From NCBI GenBank assembly GCA_017502085.1, contig JAFVVQ010000037.1, positions 569 to 64,568 of the forward strand: a stretch of DNA of 64,000 bases, given 5' to 3'. Shown one piece after another: positions 50,043-59,432 of this stretch. The DNA comes from Clostridia bacterium (GTDB lineage Bacteria > Bacillota > Clostridia > Oscillospirales > Acutalibacteraceae). A program made the position numbers and the translations under genes. Every line of letters starts with the position of its first letter. Positions within the stretch are counted from its first letter, which is position 1. Below the pieces are notes generated by a model. The model had not been told where the DNA came from and searched no databases. It saw only the letters and a list, made by a program, of their open reading frames with translations.

Positions 50043-51650
50043 ATGATTAAAGTCAGTGAAATAAAATTGCCTCTTGATTGCGACGAAGGTGCTCTTCGAA
50101 GGGCAACGGCAAAAGCTCTGCGTTGCAGCGAAGAAAAAATCAAATCCGTTCAGATTTCAAAGAAAGCGGTTGACTCGAGAAAAAAGGACAACGTTTTCTT
50201 CGTGTTCAATGTTATTGCGGATGTTGACGGGGATGAGACGTCTGTTATTGCTCATTCGAAGAATCCCCGTGTTGAGCAGGCAGAAATTTATCGCTATGAA
50301 ATGCCTGAAATCAGAAGAACAAGCACTTTAAGACCTGTAATTGCAGGCTTCGGTCCCGCGGGCTTTTTTGCGGCTCTTATTCTTGCAAGGGCAGGGTTCA
50401 AGCCGATTGTTCTCGAAAGAGGTGCAGATGTTGACACAAGAACCAGGGATGTCAACGGATTCTGGACAGGCAGAAAGCTTAATACGGAGAGCAACGTGCA
50501 GTTTGGTGAAGGCGGAGCGGGTACTTTTTCCGACGGCAAACTTACAACGGGCATCAAAGACCCCCTTTGCCGAAAGGTTGTCGAAGAACTTGTGACTCAC
50601 GGTGCGCCGCCTGAAATCAGTTATTCGTCGAGACCTCACATCGGTACTGACAAACTCGGTGCAGTGGTCAAGGCTTTCCGCGAAGAGATAATTTCTCTCG
50701 GCGGTGAGGTGCGTTTCGGATGGAAACTGACAGATCTCATCATTGCAAACGGCGTTATTCAGGGAATAAGCTGCCGCAGGCCCGACGGTACCTCCGAAGA
50801 TATTGAAACCGATACTCTGCTTCTTTGCATCGGTCATTCGGCGAGAGATACCGTCGAAATGCTTTATAGAAAAGGAATAAAAATAATTCAGAAACCGTTT
50901 TCCGTCGGTGTCCGAATCGAGCATCCCCGTGAGATGATTGATAAGGCTCAGTACGGTTCGTTTGCGGGTCACCCCGCACTCGGAGCAGCAGATTACAAGC
51001 TTGCTTGCCATCCTGAGCACGGAAGAGGCGCATATACTTTCTGTATGTGTCCCGGCGGCACGGTTGTTGCTGCGGCATCGGAGGAAAACTCGGTTGTTGT
51101 CAACGGTATGAGTGAATATGCCCGTGACGGCGAGAATTCAAATGCGGCATTGCTTGTCGGTATTGAGCCTGAACATTTCGGCTCGGAGCATCCGCTTGCA
51201 GGTATTGAACTGCAGAGAAAAATTGAAAGAACGGCGTTCGAACTCGGCGGCGGTGATTACAGTGCACCTTGCCAGACTATCGGCGATTTTCTTGCCGACA
51301 AACCCTCGACAAAGCTTTCTTATGTCAGACCTACCGTTGCGACGGGTGTCACTCCATCTGATATCCGCAAGGTGTTGCCCGAAAAAGTGACGGATGTTAT
51401 GGCTAAAGCAATCGTCAAGATGGATAAGAGTCTTAATGGTTTTGCGCTTCCCGACGGTGTTCTGACTGCTCCCGAAACGAGAAGTTCGTCACCTGTCAGA
51501 ATCCTTCGTGATGAGCTTTATCAGGCGAATATCCGAGGTCTTTATCCGTGCGGCGAGGGTGCGGGATATGCGGGCGGTATAGTTTCAGCCGCGGTTGACG
51601 GTATCCGCTGTGCTCATGCGGTTTTGCTTGATGAAAGTGATGAGTGGTGA
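50043..51650 (+). CDS. Uncharacterised FAD-dependent oxidoreductase
   Basis: GFGPAG, FGEGGAGTFSDGKL, HIGTD, GVRIEH, FCMCPGG, ETRSSSP, GEGAGYAGGI. Confidence 0.88.
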   Translation: MIKVSEIKLPLDCDEGALRRATAKALRCSEEKIKSVQISKKAVDSRKKDNVFFVFNVIADVDGDETSVIAHSKNPRVEQAEIYRYEMPEIRRTSTLRPVIAGFGPAGFFAALILARAGFKPIVLERGADVDTRTRDVNGFWTGRKLNTESNVQFGEGGAGTFSDGKLTTGIKDPLCRKVVEELVTHGAPPEISYSSRPHIGTDKLGAVVKAFREEIISLGGEVRFGWKLTDLIIANGVIQGISCRRPDGTSEDIETDTLLLCIGHSARDTVEMLYRKGIKIIQKPFSVGVRIEHPREMIDKAQYGSFAGHPALGAADYKLACHPEHGRGAYTFCMCPGGTVVAAASEENSVVVNGMSEYARDGENSNAALLVGIEPEHFGSEHPLAGIELQRKIERTAFELGGGDYSAPCQTIGDFLADKPSTKLSYVRPTVATGVTPSDIRKVLPEKVTDVMAKAIVKMDKSLNGFALPDGVLTAPETRSSSPVRILRDELYQANIRGLYPCGEGAGYAGGIVSAAVDGIRCAHAVLLDESDEW

Positions 51651-51654
51651 GACC

Positions 51655-52044
51655 ATGACGAAACTTGAAAAAATGACGGATAAACAACTTGCTCTGCGTA
51701 TGTCGAAATATATTTCAACACTTGAGAGCATAAAAATCCGTGCAGAATATTTCTCTGCGGGTCAATGCCCCGAAAAGGAAAGAGAATAGCTGAATGCGGA
51801 CTATATTTCGACCCGTGATTCACTCAAAGAGGATTGGCAATACCTGAATTTCAACCGCAATTCGGGAGGAAAGCTTCTTTGGGATAAATATTTTCCGAGC
51901 GTCAGCGAAGCGGCGGCGTGGGGACTTTATGCAGACCCCGAGGGTGAACTCAATAAAGAGTATTTCAGGAGCGTTGACGATGCCCTTGAAAGGCTGACAA
52001 AGTATTATTCCTATGATTATTGGCAGATTATAGCCGAACTCTGA
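51655..52044 (+). pseudogene. 129-codon hypothetical frame interrupted by one in-frame TAG (nonsense pseudogene, read-through gene or sequence error)
   Basis: ATG 51655, TAG at 51787-51789 (codon 45), then 84 more sense codons in the same frame to TGA 52042-52044; it fills the gap between its neighbours. Confidence 0.7.
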
Positions 52045-52078
52045 TTCGGAATAAATTAAAAATAAATGGAGGTAAACT

Positions 52079-53767
52079 ATGGCTTCAGTAGTAAATGCAC
52101 TTTCGTTCATTGTTATTATGATTTCGATTCTGTTCAACACAATTGATGCGGGATTCGTCGGTAAAGCACCCGATCCCAAAACAGAGGCAGAGCTTACCGC
52201 AATGAACGGTATTTTCGAGACGTACGATCTTGATGAAGAGATTACCGTTGTCGAATCATCCAGACTTTCAAACGCGCAGTTCCATGCAATCAATGCGCTT
52301 CAGGGACTTGTTGCAAGAACAAAGCCGGCGATTTTCGTTGATTTCGGTTCTGCTGCAAACAAATATGCAATCAGCGAAATGGAAAAAGCGGGATATGAGA
52401 TTTCGTATAATGACGAAAACGGCAATCCCTGGAAATTTGATACGCTTGTGAATAAGTTCAGATCGCATATTGCAGATAACGGATATATACTCTATGCAAC
52501 GGCTGACGATCACGGTCAGCTCAACACCGCAACAAACCTTGCAACAATCAACGGATGGCTTCCCGTATCCGCAGAGGTTGAACAGGCTGTGATTGCACTC
52601 GGTCTTGAGAAAAAAGCTGATATCAGCGGCGATAATATAGACCTTGCTTATTTGAAAAATTTCTACAGAGAATATAAGGATTGCTTCAGAAAAGATTCCC
52701 TCGTGCATCTTTATTATTACGCAAAGGGTATGCGTGATTTTGCCGTTCAGCAGAATATCTTCGTGATGTACGTTCAGGACAGCGATTTTGCGGGCAGACT
52801 TTTCAGAGATAAGGTTATGCGTGAGCTTGAGCCGTCATCACTCATTTTCGGCTGGTGTCAGTATGAGTTCAAGTATACCGAATCTTCATCCCGCTACGGT
52901 CACACCGTTATTCCCTCAGACCATTCTTATAATCTGAGTATTCTTTCGTGCTTTGATGCAACGGAAGAAAAAATCGGCAAAGAATATTCGGGCAAGCCTC
53001 AGCTTGACCCTACGAAGCATTACGTTGCAATTGTTTACAGTGACGGCGACAATGCTCAGTGGATTCAGAACGGTTTCTCGGAATATCATACCTGGCAGAG
53101 CTATAAATCCGACGTGCCCGTAACCTGGACTTATTGTCCGATTCTCACCGAGCTTTCGTCAGTTGACAACAAGAGAACGCTTGAAGCTTACGGCGGCGGT
53201 GCGTTCATAACGGGACCCTCGGGCGGCGGTTATTCAAGAATTACCAAGATGAACGGCAAAGAGCTTGAAAAGTTTTCGGATTACACCGCTTCCATAATGC
53301 TCGAATCGGGTCTGTCCGTAATGACGCTTCTTGATGAAATCAAAAGCTCGAACTTTGATAAAGATTTCCAGAAGAGACTCAGCTATTTTGCCCGTTACGA
53401 TAATATACACGGCGGTGTTGTTCAGCTTGACCCCAACAATTATGCAGGCGGCGCAGGCAGAGTATATTTTGTGAACGACAAGCCCTTTGTAACCGTCGGT
53501 TTCAGCCTCTGGCATGACAGCGGCGATGCAGCTCAGGTTACCAATGAGTGGCTTGCAGAGAAGGCGGCAGTTATCAACGAAAAGCCTGCAGATATCACAA
53601 CCATTAACGGTTATACCGTTATCAACGTTCATCCCTGGACTGTAGGTCCTGATGACCTTGCTTATTTTGTAAGTCAGCTTGATGACGGTGTTGAGGTTAT
53701 TGCGGCGGATGAACTGATTGCTGCTCTTGGTGAAAATATCCCTCATGAATTTGCAATGCCCCAATAA
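52079..53767 (+). CDS. GxGYxYP-family putative glycoside hydrolase, exported
   Basis: LQGLVAR, RDFAV, IFGW, PSDHSYNLS, YSDGDNAQW, PVTWT, GPSGGGYS, VHPW. Confidence 0.8.
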   Translation: MASVVNALSFIVIMISILFNTIDAGFVGKAPDPKTEAELTAMNGIFETYDLDEEITVVESSRLSNAQFHAINALQGLVARTKPAIFVDFGSAANKYAISEMEKAGYEISYNDENGNPWKFDTLVNKFRSHIADNGYILYATADDHGQLNTATNLATINGWLPVSAEVEQAVIALGLEKKADISGDNIDLAYLKNFYREYKDCFRKDSLVHLYYYAKGMRDFAVQQNIFVMYVQDSDFAGRLFRDKVMRELEPSSLIFGWCQYEFKYTESSSRYGHTVIPSDHSYNLSILSCFDATEEKIGKEYSGKPQLDPTKHYVAIVYSDGDNAQWIQNGFSEYHTWQSYKSDVPVTWTYCPILTELSSVDNKRTLEAYGGGAFITGPSGGGYSRITKMNGKELEKFSDYTASIMLESGLSVMTLLDEIKSSNFDKDFQKRLSYFARYDNIHGGVVQLDPNNYAGGAGRVYFVNDKPFVTVGFSLWHDSGDAAQVTNEWLAEKAAVINEKPADITTINGYTVINVHPWTVGPDDLAYFVSQLDDGVEVIAADELIAALGENIPHEFAMPQ

Positions 53768-53790
53768 TTTAATTATCAGGAGGTAAAACA

Positions 53791-54987
53791 ATGAAAAAAC
53801 GTATTATTTCTGTAATTCTTGCAGTGATTTTTGTTTTTGCATCAATGATTCCTGCTTTTGCGGCTCAAAAATCCGACGTTCTCCGTTTTGACGAAAACGG
53901 TGAATTCAAGATTCTTCATCTTTGCGACTGCCAGGATAACTATCCTCTTGAAGAACAGCTTGTTGCTTATGTAAACTATGTTCTTGAGGTGTACAAGCCT
54001 GATATCGTTGTTCTCGGCGGCGATAACTCAATCGGCCCCAAGGAAACCAAAGAGAAAGAAGTTGCCGAACTTGCTGAAATCTTTGTTAAGCACGAGACGT
54101 ATTTCACCCTTGTTTTCGGTAATCATGACCATGAGCAGGGTGTTGATAAGGAAACACTTCTCAAGTATTTTCAGAAACACGGCGGTAAATACTGCCTTGC
54201 TTATGATGCGGTTCCCGAGCTTCACGGAACGGCAAATCACAATCTTCCCGTTTACGCATCTGACGGTAACGAGGTCAAGTTCAATATGTGGCTTCTTGAT
54301 TCAGGCAACTACGTTCATGAGGATAATGACCCTGAAAAGAAGCGACTCGGCTATGACAGTGTAACGCCTGACCAGATTGAGTGGTATAAGAAAGTCAGCG
54401 AGAAACTCGAGAAACAGGAAGGTGGAAAAGTTCCTTCAATGGTGTTCCAGCATATGGTAGTCGGAGAGATTTACGATGCTATGTTTCCACGAGTGCCTTT
54501 CGCTCTTTCGCCCATAACCGAAACCTATAATAACGGCAGACATTATCCCGTTATATTCCCCGACACAAGCAAGTTCAAGGGCCATATTTTTGAGCCGCCC
54601 TCACCCGGATACTATAACCACGGCGAATTTGATGCGATGCGTGAAAGAGGCGATGTTACCGCAATTCTTGTCGGTCACGACCACGTCAATTCATATGAGG
54701 TTAAATATAAGGGCATTGAAATCATCAACACGCCTTCTCCAACTTTCCACTCCTACAGCAATCTGTTTACAAGAGGTGCAAGACTTATAACAGTCAAAGA
54801 GGATGATGCATGGGATGTTGAAAGCGAAATTCTTGCAATCAACAAGCTTGTCATGAAGGATAAGGATTTCTCAAAGGAAATGGAAATCAGCCGTTTTGAA
54901 GGTTTCTTCTGGCATATTGTCGGTGCATTCCACCTTCTTCTCAAGAATCTTACCGCACCGTTTGCGGCAATTCTTCTCTGGTCATAA
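53791..54987 (+). CDS. Secreted metallophosphoesterase (Dcr2-like)
   Basis: Signal peptide ending AFA; LRFDENGEFKILHLCDCQ, GGDN, FGNHD, FQH, GHDHVN. Confidence 0.88.
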   Translation: MKKRIISVILAVIFVFASMIPAFAAQKSDVLRFDENGEFKILHLCDCQDNYPLEEQLVAYVNYVLEVYKPDIVVLGGDNSIGPKETKEKEVAELAEIFVKHETYFTLVFGNHDHEQGVDKETLLKYFQKHGGKYCLAYDAVPELHGTANHNLPVYASDGNEVKFNMWLLDSGNYVHEDNDPEKKRLGYDSVTPDQIEWYKKVSEKLEKQEGGKVPSMVFQHMVVGEIYDAMFPRVPFALSPITETYNNGRHYPVIFPDTSKFKGHIFEPPSPGYYNHGEFDAMRERGDVTAILVGHDHVNSYEVKYKGIEIINTPSPTFHSYSNLFTRGARLITVKEDDAWDVESEILAINKLVMKDKDFSKEMEISRFEGFFWHIVGAFHLLLKNLTAPFAAILLWS

Positions 54988-54998
54988 ATTGTATTATT

Positions 54999-55025
54999 AA
55001 AGCCGCTGGTTTTCAGCGGCTTTTT
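54999..55025 (+). terminator. Intrinsic terminator
   Basis: AAAGCCGCTG / CAGCGGCTTT followed by a T run. Confidence 0.85.
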
Positions 55026-55084
55026 AATATGTAAAATAGACAATTATAATGTCGAATATCCCGTTTTTTTTCGGTTTTGGTGAA

Positions 55085-55113
55085 TTGAAAACGGTCTGAT
55101 GCTATGGTATAAT
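55085..55113 (+). promoter_or_regulatory. Sigma-A promoter of cysK
   Basis: TTGAAA-17 bp-TATAAT with TG. Confidence 0.75.
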
Positions 55114-55183
55114 GTTTCGGCGGTAACGGAAAAGGTTGCCTGAACATAAAATGAAATATACCGAAGAGAAAGGTTTATTCAGA

Positions 55184-56110
55184 ATGATTTGTAATACGGT
55201 TTTGGAGGCAATCGGCAACACTCCGATAATCAGATTGCAGCATATGACTGCACCCGAGGATGCCGAGATACTTGTTAAATTTGAAGGTCTCAATGTCGGC
55301 GGCTCAATAAAAACCCGTACGGCGCTCAATATGATAAACGATGCAGAGAACAAAGGATTGATTGGTAAGAATACCGTTATCGTTGAGCCGACAAGCGGTA
55401 ATCAGGGCATAGGTCTTGCACTTGTCGGTGCAGTAAAAGGCTATAAAGTCAAAATAATAATGCCCGATTCCGTCAGTGAAGAAAGACGTAAACTCGTTGA
55501 GCATTACGGTGCAGAGGTAATTATTGTTCACGATGAGGGCAATATCGGCAAATGTATCGAAGATTGCCTGAATCTTGCGCTTAAAATGAAGGCTGAAGAC
55601 CCCAACGTTTTTGTGCCTCAGCAGTTTGAAAATCCCGCAAACCCTGAGATTCAGCGATCTGCAACAGGTACCGAAATTCTCCGTCAGGTGAACGGTCCGA
55701 TTCACGGCTTCTGTTCGGGTATCGGAACGGGCGGTACAATAACGGGTATCGGAGAAACACTCAAGGCAGAGAATCCTGATATCGAAATCTGGGCGGTTGA
55801 ACCCGAGAATGCCGCGATTCTTTCGGGCGGAGCAATTGAAACGCACGTGCAGATGGGTATCGGCGACGGAATCATCCCTGAAATTCTCAACACAGAGATT
55901 TTCAACGACGTATGTATCATCGGTGATGACGAGGCATTGCAGATCTCGAAAGATCTTGCGTCAAAAGAGGGTATTATGTGCGGTATCAGCAGCGGCACCA
56001 ACGTTGCGGCGGCAATCCGCCTTGCGAAGAAGTTGGGTAAAGGAAAAACTGTTGTCACCGTTCTTCCCGATACAGCCGAAAGATATTTCTCAACACCTTT
56101 ATTTGAATAA
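55184..56110 (+). CDS. cysK: Cysteine synthase (O-acetylserine sulfhydrylase family)
   Basis: IGNTP, GGSIKTR (PLP Lys), PTSGNQG, QFENPAN, GTGGT, GISSG, PDTAERYFST. Confidence 0.88.
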   Translation: MICNTVLEAIGNTPIIRLQHMTAPEDAEILVKFEGLNVGGSIKTRTALNMINDAENKGLIGKNTVIVEPTSGNQGIGLALVGAVKGYKVKIIMPDSVSEERRKLVEHYGAEVIIVHDEGNIGKCIEDCLNLALKMKAEDPNVFVPQQFENPANPEIQRSATGTEILRQVNGPIHGFCSGIGTGGTITGIGETLKAENPDIEIWAVEPENAAILSGGAIETHVQMGIGDGIIPEILNTEIFNDVCIIGDDEALQISKDLASKEGIMCGISSGTNVAAAIRLAKKLGKGKTVVTVLPDTAERYFSTPLFE

Positions 56111-56117
56111 AAAAATC

Positions 56118-56157
56118 AAGCTGTCCTGCCGTTTTGACGGTAGGACAGCTTTTTTTG
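56118..56157. terminator. Bidirectional terminator
   Basis: 15-bp stem AAGCTGTCCTGCCGT / ACGGTAGGACAGCTT with A and T tracts. Confidence 0.9.
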
Positions 56158-56161
56158 ATGG

Positions 56162-56461
56162 TTAAAGAAATAATCCGGTAACAAATGCCGCAGCACAAGC
56201 TGAGATTGAAACGACAATCAGCGGCAACTTAAAATACGCAAGAACAACTGCGATAACCGTGCCGACAACGGCAGTGACCGTGTTTCCCGTTGAGAAGAAA
56301 ATGGAAGGGAAGGTCATTGCGCTCAGAACGGCGTAGGGGATATAGTAGAGGACACTTTTGAAGAATCTCGATTTGATTTTCTTCCTGAAAAGTGCAAAGG
56401 GAAGCATTCTGATAAGATAAGTGATTCCCGCCATAACAAAAATATATATTGCAATGCTCAT
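56162..56461 (-). CDS. azlD: AzlD-family branched-chain amino acid exporter small subunit
   Basis: MAGITYLIRMLPF, YIPYAVLSAMTFP; overlaps the azlC stop. Confidence 0.85.
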   Translation of the reverse strand: MSIAIYIFVMAGITYLIRMLPFALFRKKIKSRFFKSVLYYIPYAVLSAMTFPSIFFSTGNTVTAVVGTVIAVVLAYFKLPLIVVSISACAAAFVTGLFL

Positions 56462-57168
56462 TGTTTGTTTTCCTCCGTTTCTTCAGAATCAACGGGGAAA
56501 AGGAGTGCGGTAATAACCGAGGAAGCGATTGCACTGATAATAATCGCAAAGCCGACTGAAACACCGGGAAGCCAGAGCTTGAACGCACAGCTGAGTATCG
56601 CGGCTATGACGATTGCAGATAGAATTCTGTGGTCGGTTTTTGCGGGCGGAATAATGATGGCAACGAACATTCCGTAGAGCATAATTCCCATTGCTGCCGT
56701 GAGCGAAACGGGTAGGAGCATATTCGCAACCGAGCCTGCCAGAGTGCCTACGACCCAACCTGCAGCCGCAACCGAAATCATTCCGTACATATATGCAGGA
56801 ACGAGTTTGCAATCCTGGGCGGCGGCAACGGCGAAAATTTCATCCGTTATGCCGTATGCGGCGAGAAGCCTGTGCGGGGTTGTGAATGATTTGTCAAGCT
56901 TCTGCGAAAGCGAGATGCCCATCAGTGCATAGCGCAGATTGATAACAAGCTGAGTTGCCGCCATTTCAAGCAGAGTGCCGCCTGCGGCGATGATGGCAAC
57001 TCCCATTGTCTGACCTGCAGACGTGAGATTTGTGAGTGAAATTATAACCGCTTCAATTGCTTTCAGACCCGACTGCACGGCGACGATTCCGAATCCGAAC
57101 GAAACCGAAAAATAACCGAGAGCAATCGGAAAACCGTGGAGCATTCCGCGGTAAAAAGGTTTTCTCAA
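56458..57168 (-). CDS. azlC: AzlC-family branched-chain amino acid exporter
   Basis: PIALGY..VSFGFG, SAGQ, INLRY, ITDEIFA, WVVGTLAG; TTG start. Confidence 0.88.
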   Translation of the reverse strand: MRKPFYRGMLHGFPIALGYFSVSFGFGIVAVQSGLKAIEAVIISLTNLTSAGQTMGVAIIAAGGTLLEMAATQLVINLRYALMGISLSQKLDKSFTTPHRLLAAYGITDEIFAVAAAQDCKLVPAYMYGMISVAAAGWVVGTLAGSVANMLLPVSLTAAMGIMLYGMFVAIIIPPAKTDHRILSAIVIAAILSCAFKLWLPGVSVGFAIIISAIASSVITALLFPVDSEETEENKQ

Positions 57169-57259
57169 GAGAAGGACTTCCTTTCGGTAAACATACGAAT
57201 CATTCTATCACTGATTGGATAATTTTTCAATAGAATACAAAAATTTTGTATTTTTATGT

Positions 57260-57292
57260 AAAAAAGAGGAGCAGAGATTTTTTCTCTGCTCC
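57260..57292 (-). terminator. Terminator of the secreted hydrolase
   Basis: GGAGCAGAGA / TCTCTGCTCC with an upstream A tract (U tract on the minus strand). Confidence 0.75.
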
Positions 57293-57308
57293 GTTGATGT
57301 TTTTAGAT

Positions 57309-59288
57309 TTATTTGATGCTGTTGAGAATTTCAAGAAGAATACCTGCGGAGAATTTCCAGTAATCCTTACCGCCGAAAATCTTTTCGAAAACGTCGCTGA
57401 AGGCTTTCGCAATCTTTGTGAGAATCGGAAGAAGTGTATAGACTACGAAAGGTGCCTGAGCATCGTCTGAAAGAAGGCCTGCTTCAAACATTGCGGTGTA
57501 AAGTGCCTTCTCAACCTCGAGAGTTTCGTTGGCATCCCAGTCTCTGTCTGCAAGAAGCTCTTTTGCTTTTGCATATGCTGAATTGAGTGCTTCAAGCTTG
57601 TCAGCCGAAACCGCAGAAAGATCGGCTTCTTCGTATTTTCTGATCATGCTTTCAATTTCTGAGAGGTTACGGTAATCGATGAACTGTTCGTAGCCGTCGT
57701 TGTTTTCTCTTGCATCGGTGATTTTGTAGTTGGAAATAAGCTGGATGCAAAGCTCAATGACGTCATTGATGCTTGACTGAAGTTTGAGATGGCTCTGACC
57801 TTTGATGAACCACGTTCTGTCGGGGAGAGCGCAGGTGCCTGCATCAACAATACCGTCGGGGCTGATATATGTCTTATCGATTGCAGGTTTGTGATTTTCG
57901 GGGAGAACTGAGCCGACGTCGGCAAACGTGCCGCCGATTGAGGTTGATTCAGCCTGAATGATGTTGTCCGATGAGAGCTTATAGTGTTCAACAAGACCGA
58001 GGAGTTCAAGCTCATAACCGCAGATAACGAAGATGTCAACGCCCTTTTCGGTCATTGACTGAACGGTTTTTGCCGCATTTTTCTGGATGTTGTAGTATTT
58101 ATCCGTTTTTTCTTTGAGAAGAGCATGATCTTTGTCGGAAATCAGTTCTTTGCTCAGTTCGGGGTACATACCGCTGGGAACAAGTGCCCACATGGATGGG
58201 CAGTTGTGGAGAAGTTTGCCGAGAACCTCGTCAATCGCCCTTTCAAGAGCCTCTGTGAGAAAATCGCTGAAAAGCTGCTGAGGAATTGCTCTTGCAACCG
58301 CATTGCCTACGTAAGCAAGTGCCTCATATTCTTCCGCAAGAATTGCGATGAGGTTGGGGATAAGGTCGTTATAGATGACGTTGCCGTCGCCGAGGGTGGA
58401 GTTACCCGCCATAAGGTCACCGAGAAGATATGAGCCGTCAACTGCAGCGGCAGCGAAAACTACTCTGTCAATTTCTGTGGGGTCGCAGTATTCGGAAAGG
58501 TAAACGTTGCCGATTGTGCCGCCCAGGCTGATGAAAACAAGGCTGACCTTATCGTGACCCGTCTGAGCCTTTACCATATCAATATATTCGTTGAGGTTGG
58601 CGGCAGTTTCGATGGTGTCACCGAACGAACTGTATGCATAATAATATGCGTGATCGTAGCCGTAATCCTCGCAGAAACCTGTGATATCAACCTGTCTCTT
58701 GATGAAATCAAATTCGGTTTCGTATTTGGTGGTGGGGAGAGTGTTGCCGTTTTCGTCCTTGCCGTAGCCTTTTGCGTAGCCATAGGATTTATCGGGTGTG
58801 TTCTTGCATTCTTCAAGGGAATACCAGTATTCGTCAACTGCAACGCCGTTTGTTCTTGTGCCGTCGGGGTTGAAGTAGTGGCTTGAGAAACTCTTGTCGA
58901 GAATACCGAGAACGATATCGAAAAGTCCGTCTCTGTTGCCCGTTGCAACTGCGAGAAGAATTTTACCGATTGCCTCCTTGAATGCGTTACCGAGAGCAAC
59001 GGTATCAAACATAAACGCCATATCCATACCTTCAACAATCGGGAAACCGTCGCTTGTCATAAGGTCATTGCCGTTCTTGTCCTGAACGTAAACCTGTGAC
59101 TGCATAATGCCGTGAACGATTATAACGGGACTGACGCCGCATTCACCGCCGCAATCGGTTTTACATTCGGATGACCATTCGTGGGTATGGTTTTCTTCCG
59201 CAGAAACAAAAGAGGGTACCGCACAACCGCATATGAGAATGCAGGCGGAGAGGAAAATGCTGAGAATCTTTTTAATGTTCATTTTCAT
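57309..59288 (-). CDS. Large secreted alpha/beta-hydrolase-fold protein (lipase/acyltransferase-like)
   Basis: Signal peptide; PVIIVHGIMQS oxyanion region, KVSLVFISLGG nucleophile elbow, SDNII and GQSH as candidate acid and His; helical C-terminus. Confidence 0.65.
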   Translation of the reverse strand: MKMNIKKILSIFLSACILICGCAVPSFVSAEENHTHEWSSECKTDCGGECGVSPVIIVHGIMQSQVYVQDKNGNDLMTSDGFPIVEGMDMAFMFDTVALGNAFKEAIGKILLAVATGNRDGLFDIVLGILDKSFSSHYFNPDGTRTNGVAVDEYWYSLEECKNTPDKSYGYAKGYGKDENGNTLPTTKYETEFDFIKRQVDITGFCEDYGYDHAYYYAYSSFGDTIETAANLNEYIDMVKAQTGHDKVSLVFISLGGTIGNVYLSEYCDPTEIDRVVFAAAAVDGSYLLGDLMAGNSTLGDGNVIYNDLIPNLIAILAEEYEALAYVGNAVARAIPQQLFSDFLTEALERAIDEVLGKLLHNCPSMWALVPSGMYPELSKELISDKDHALLKEKTDKYYNIQKNAAKTVQSMTEKGVDIFVICGYELELLGLVEHYKLSSDNIIQAESTSIGGTFADVGSVLPENHKPAIDKTYISPDGIVDAGTCALPDRTWFIKGQSHLKLQSSINDVIELCIQLISNYKITDARENNDGYEQFIDYRNLSEIESMIRKYEEADLSAVSADKLEALNSAYAKAKELLADRDWDANETLEVEKALYTAMFEAGLLSDDAQAPFVVYTLLPILTKIAKAFSDVFEKIFGGKDYWKFSAGILLEILNSIK

Positions 59289-59432
59289 TATCCTTTCAGT
59301 ATTTTAATAACAATTAAGAAAATTATAACATATAATTCATAACAACGCAATATAATAAGAGATAATATGCTGTTGAAAAAAAGAAAAGTATATGTTATAA
59401 TTTCAAAGCATTAAAGAGAAAGAGGATTATTT

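Noticed and set aside
55114-55183. Possible riboswitch in the cysK leader (TTCGG...CCGAA; GGTAAC/GTTGCC)
   Set aside because: The leader is too short and lacks SAM-I, SMK or T-box conserved motifs and a terminator; the pairing is weak.
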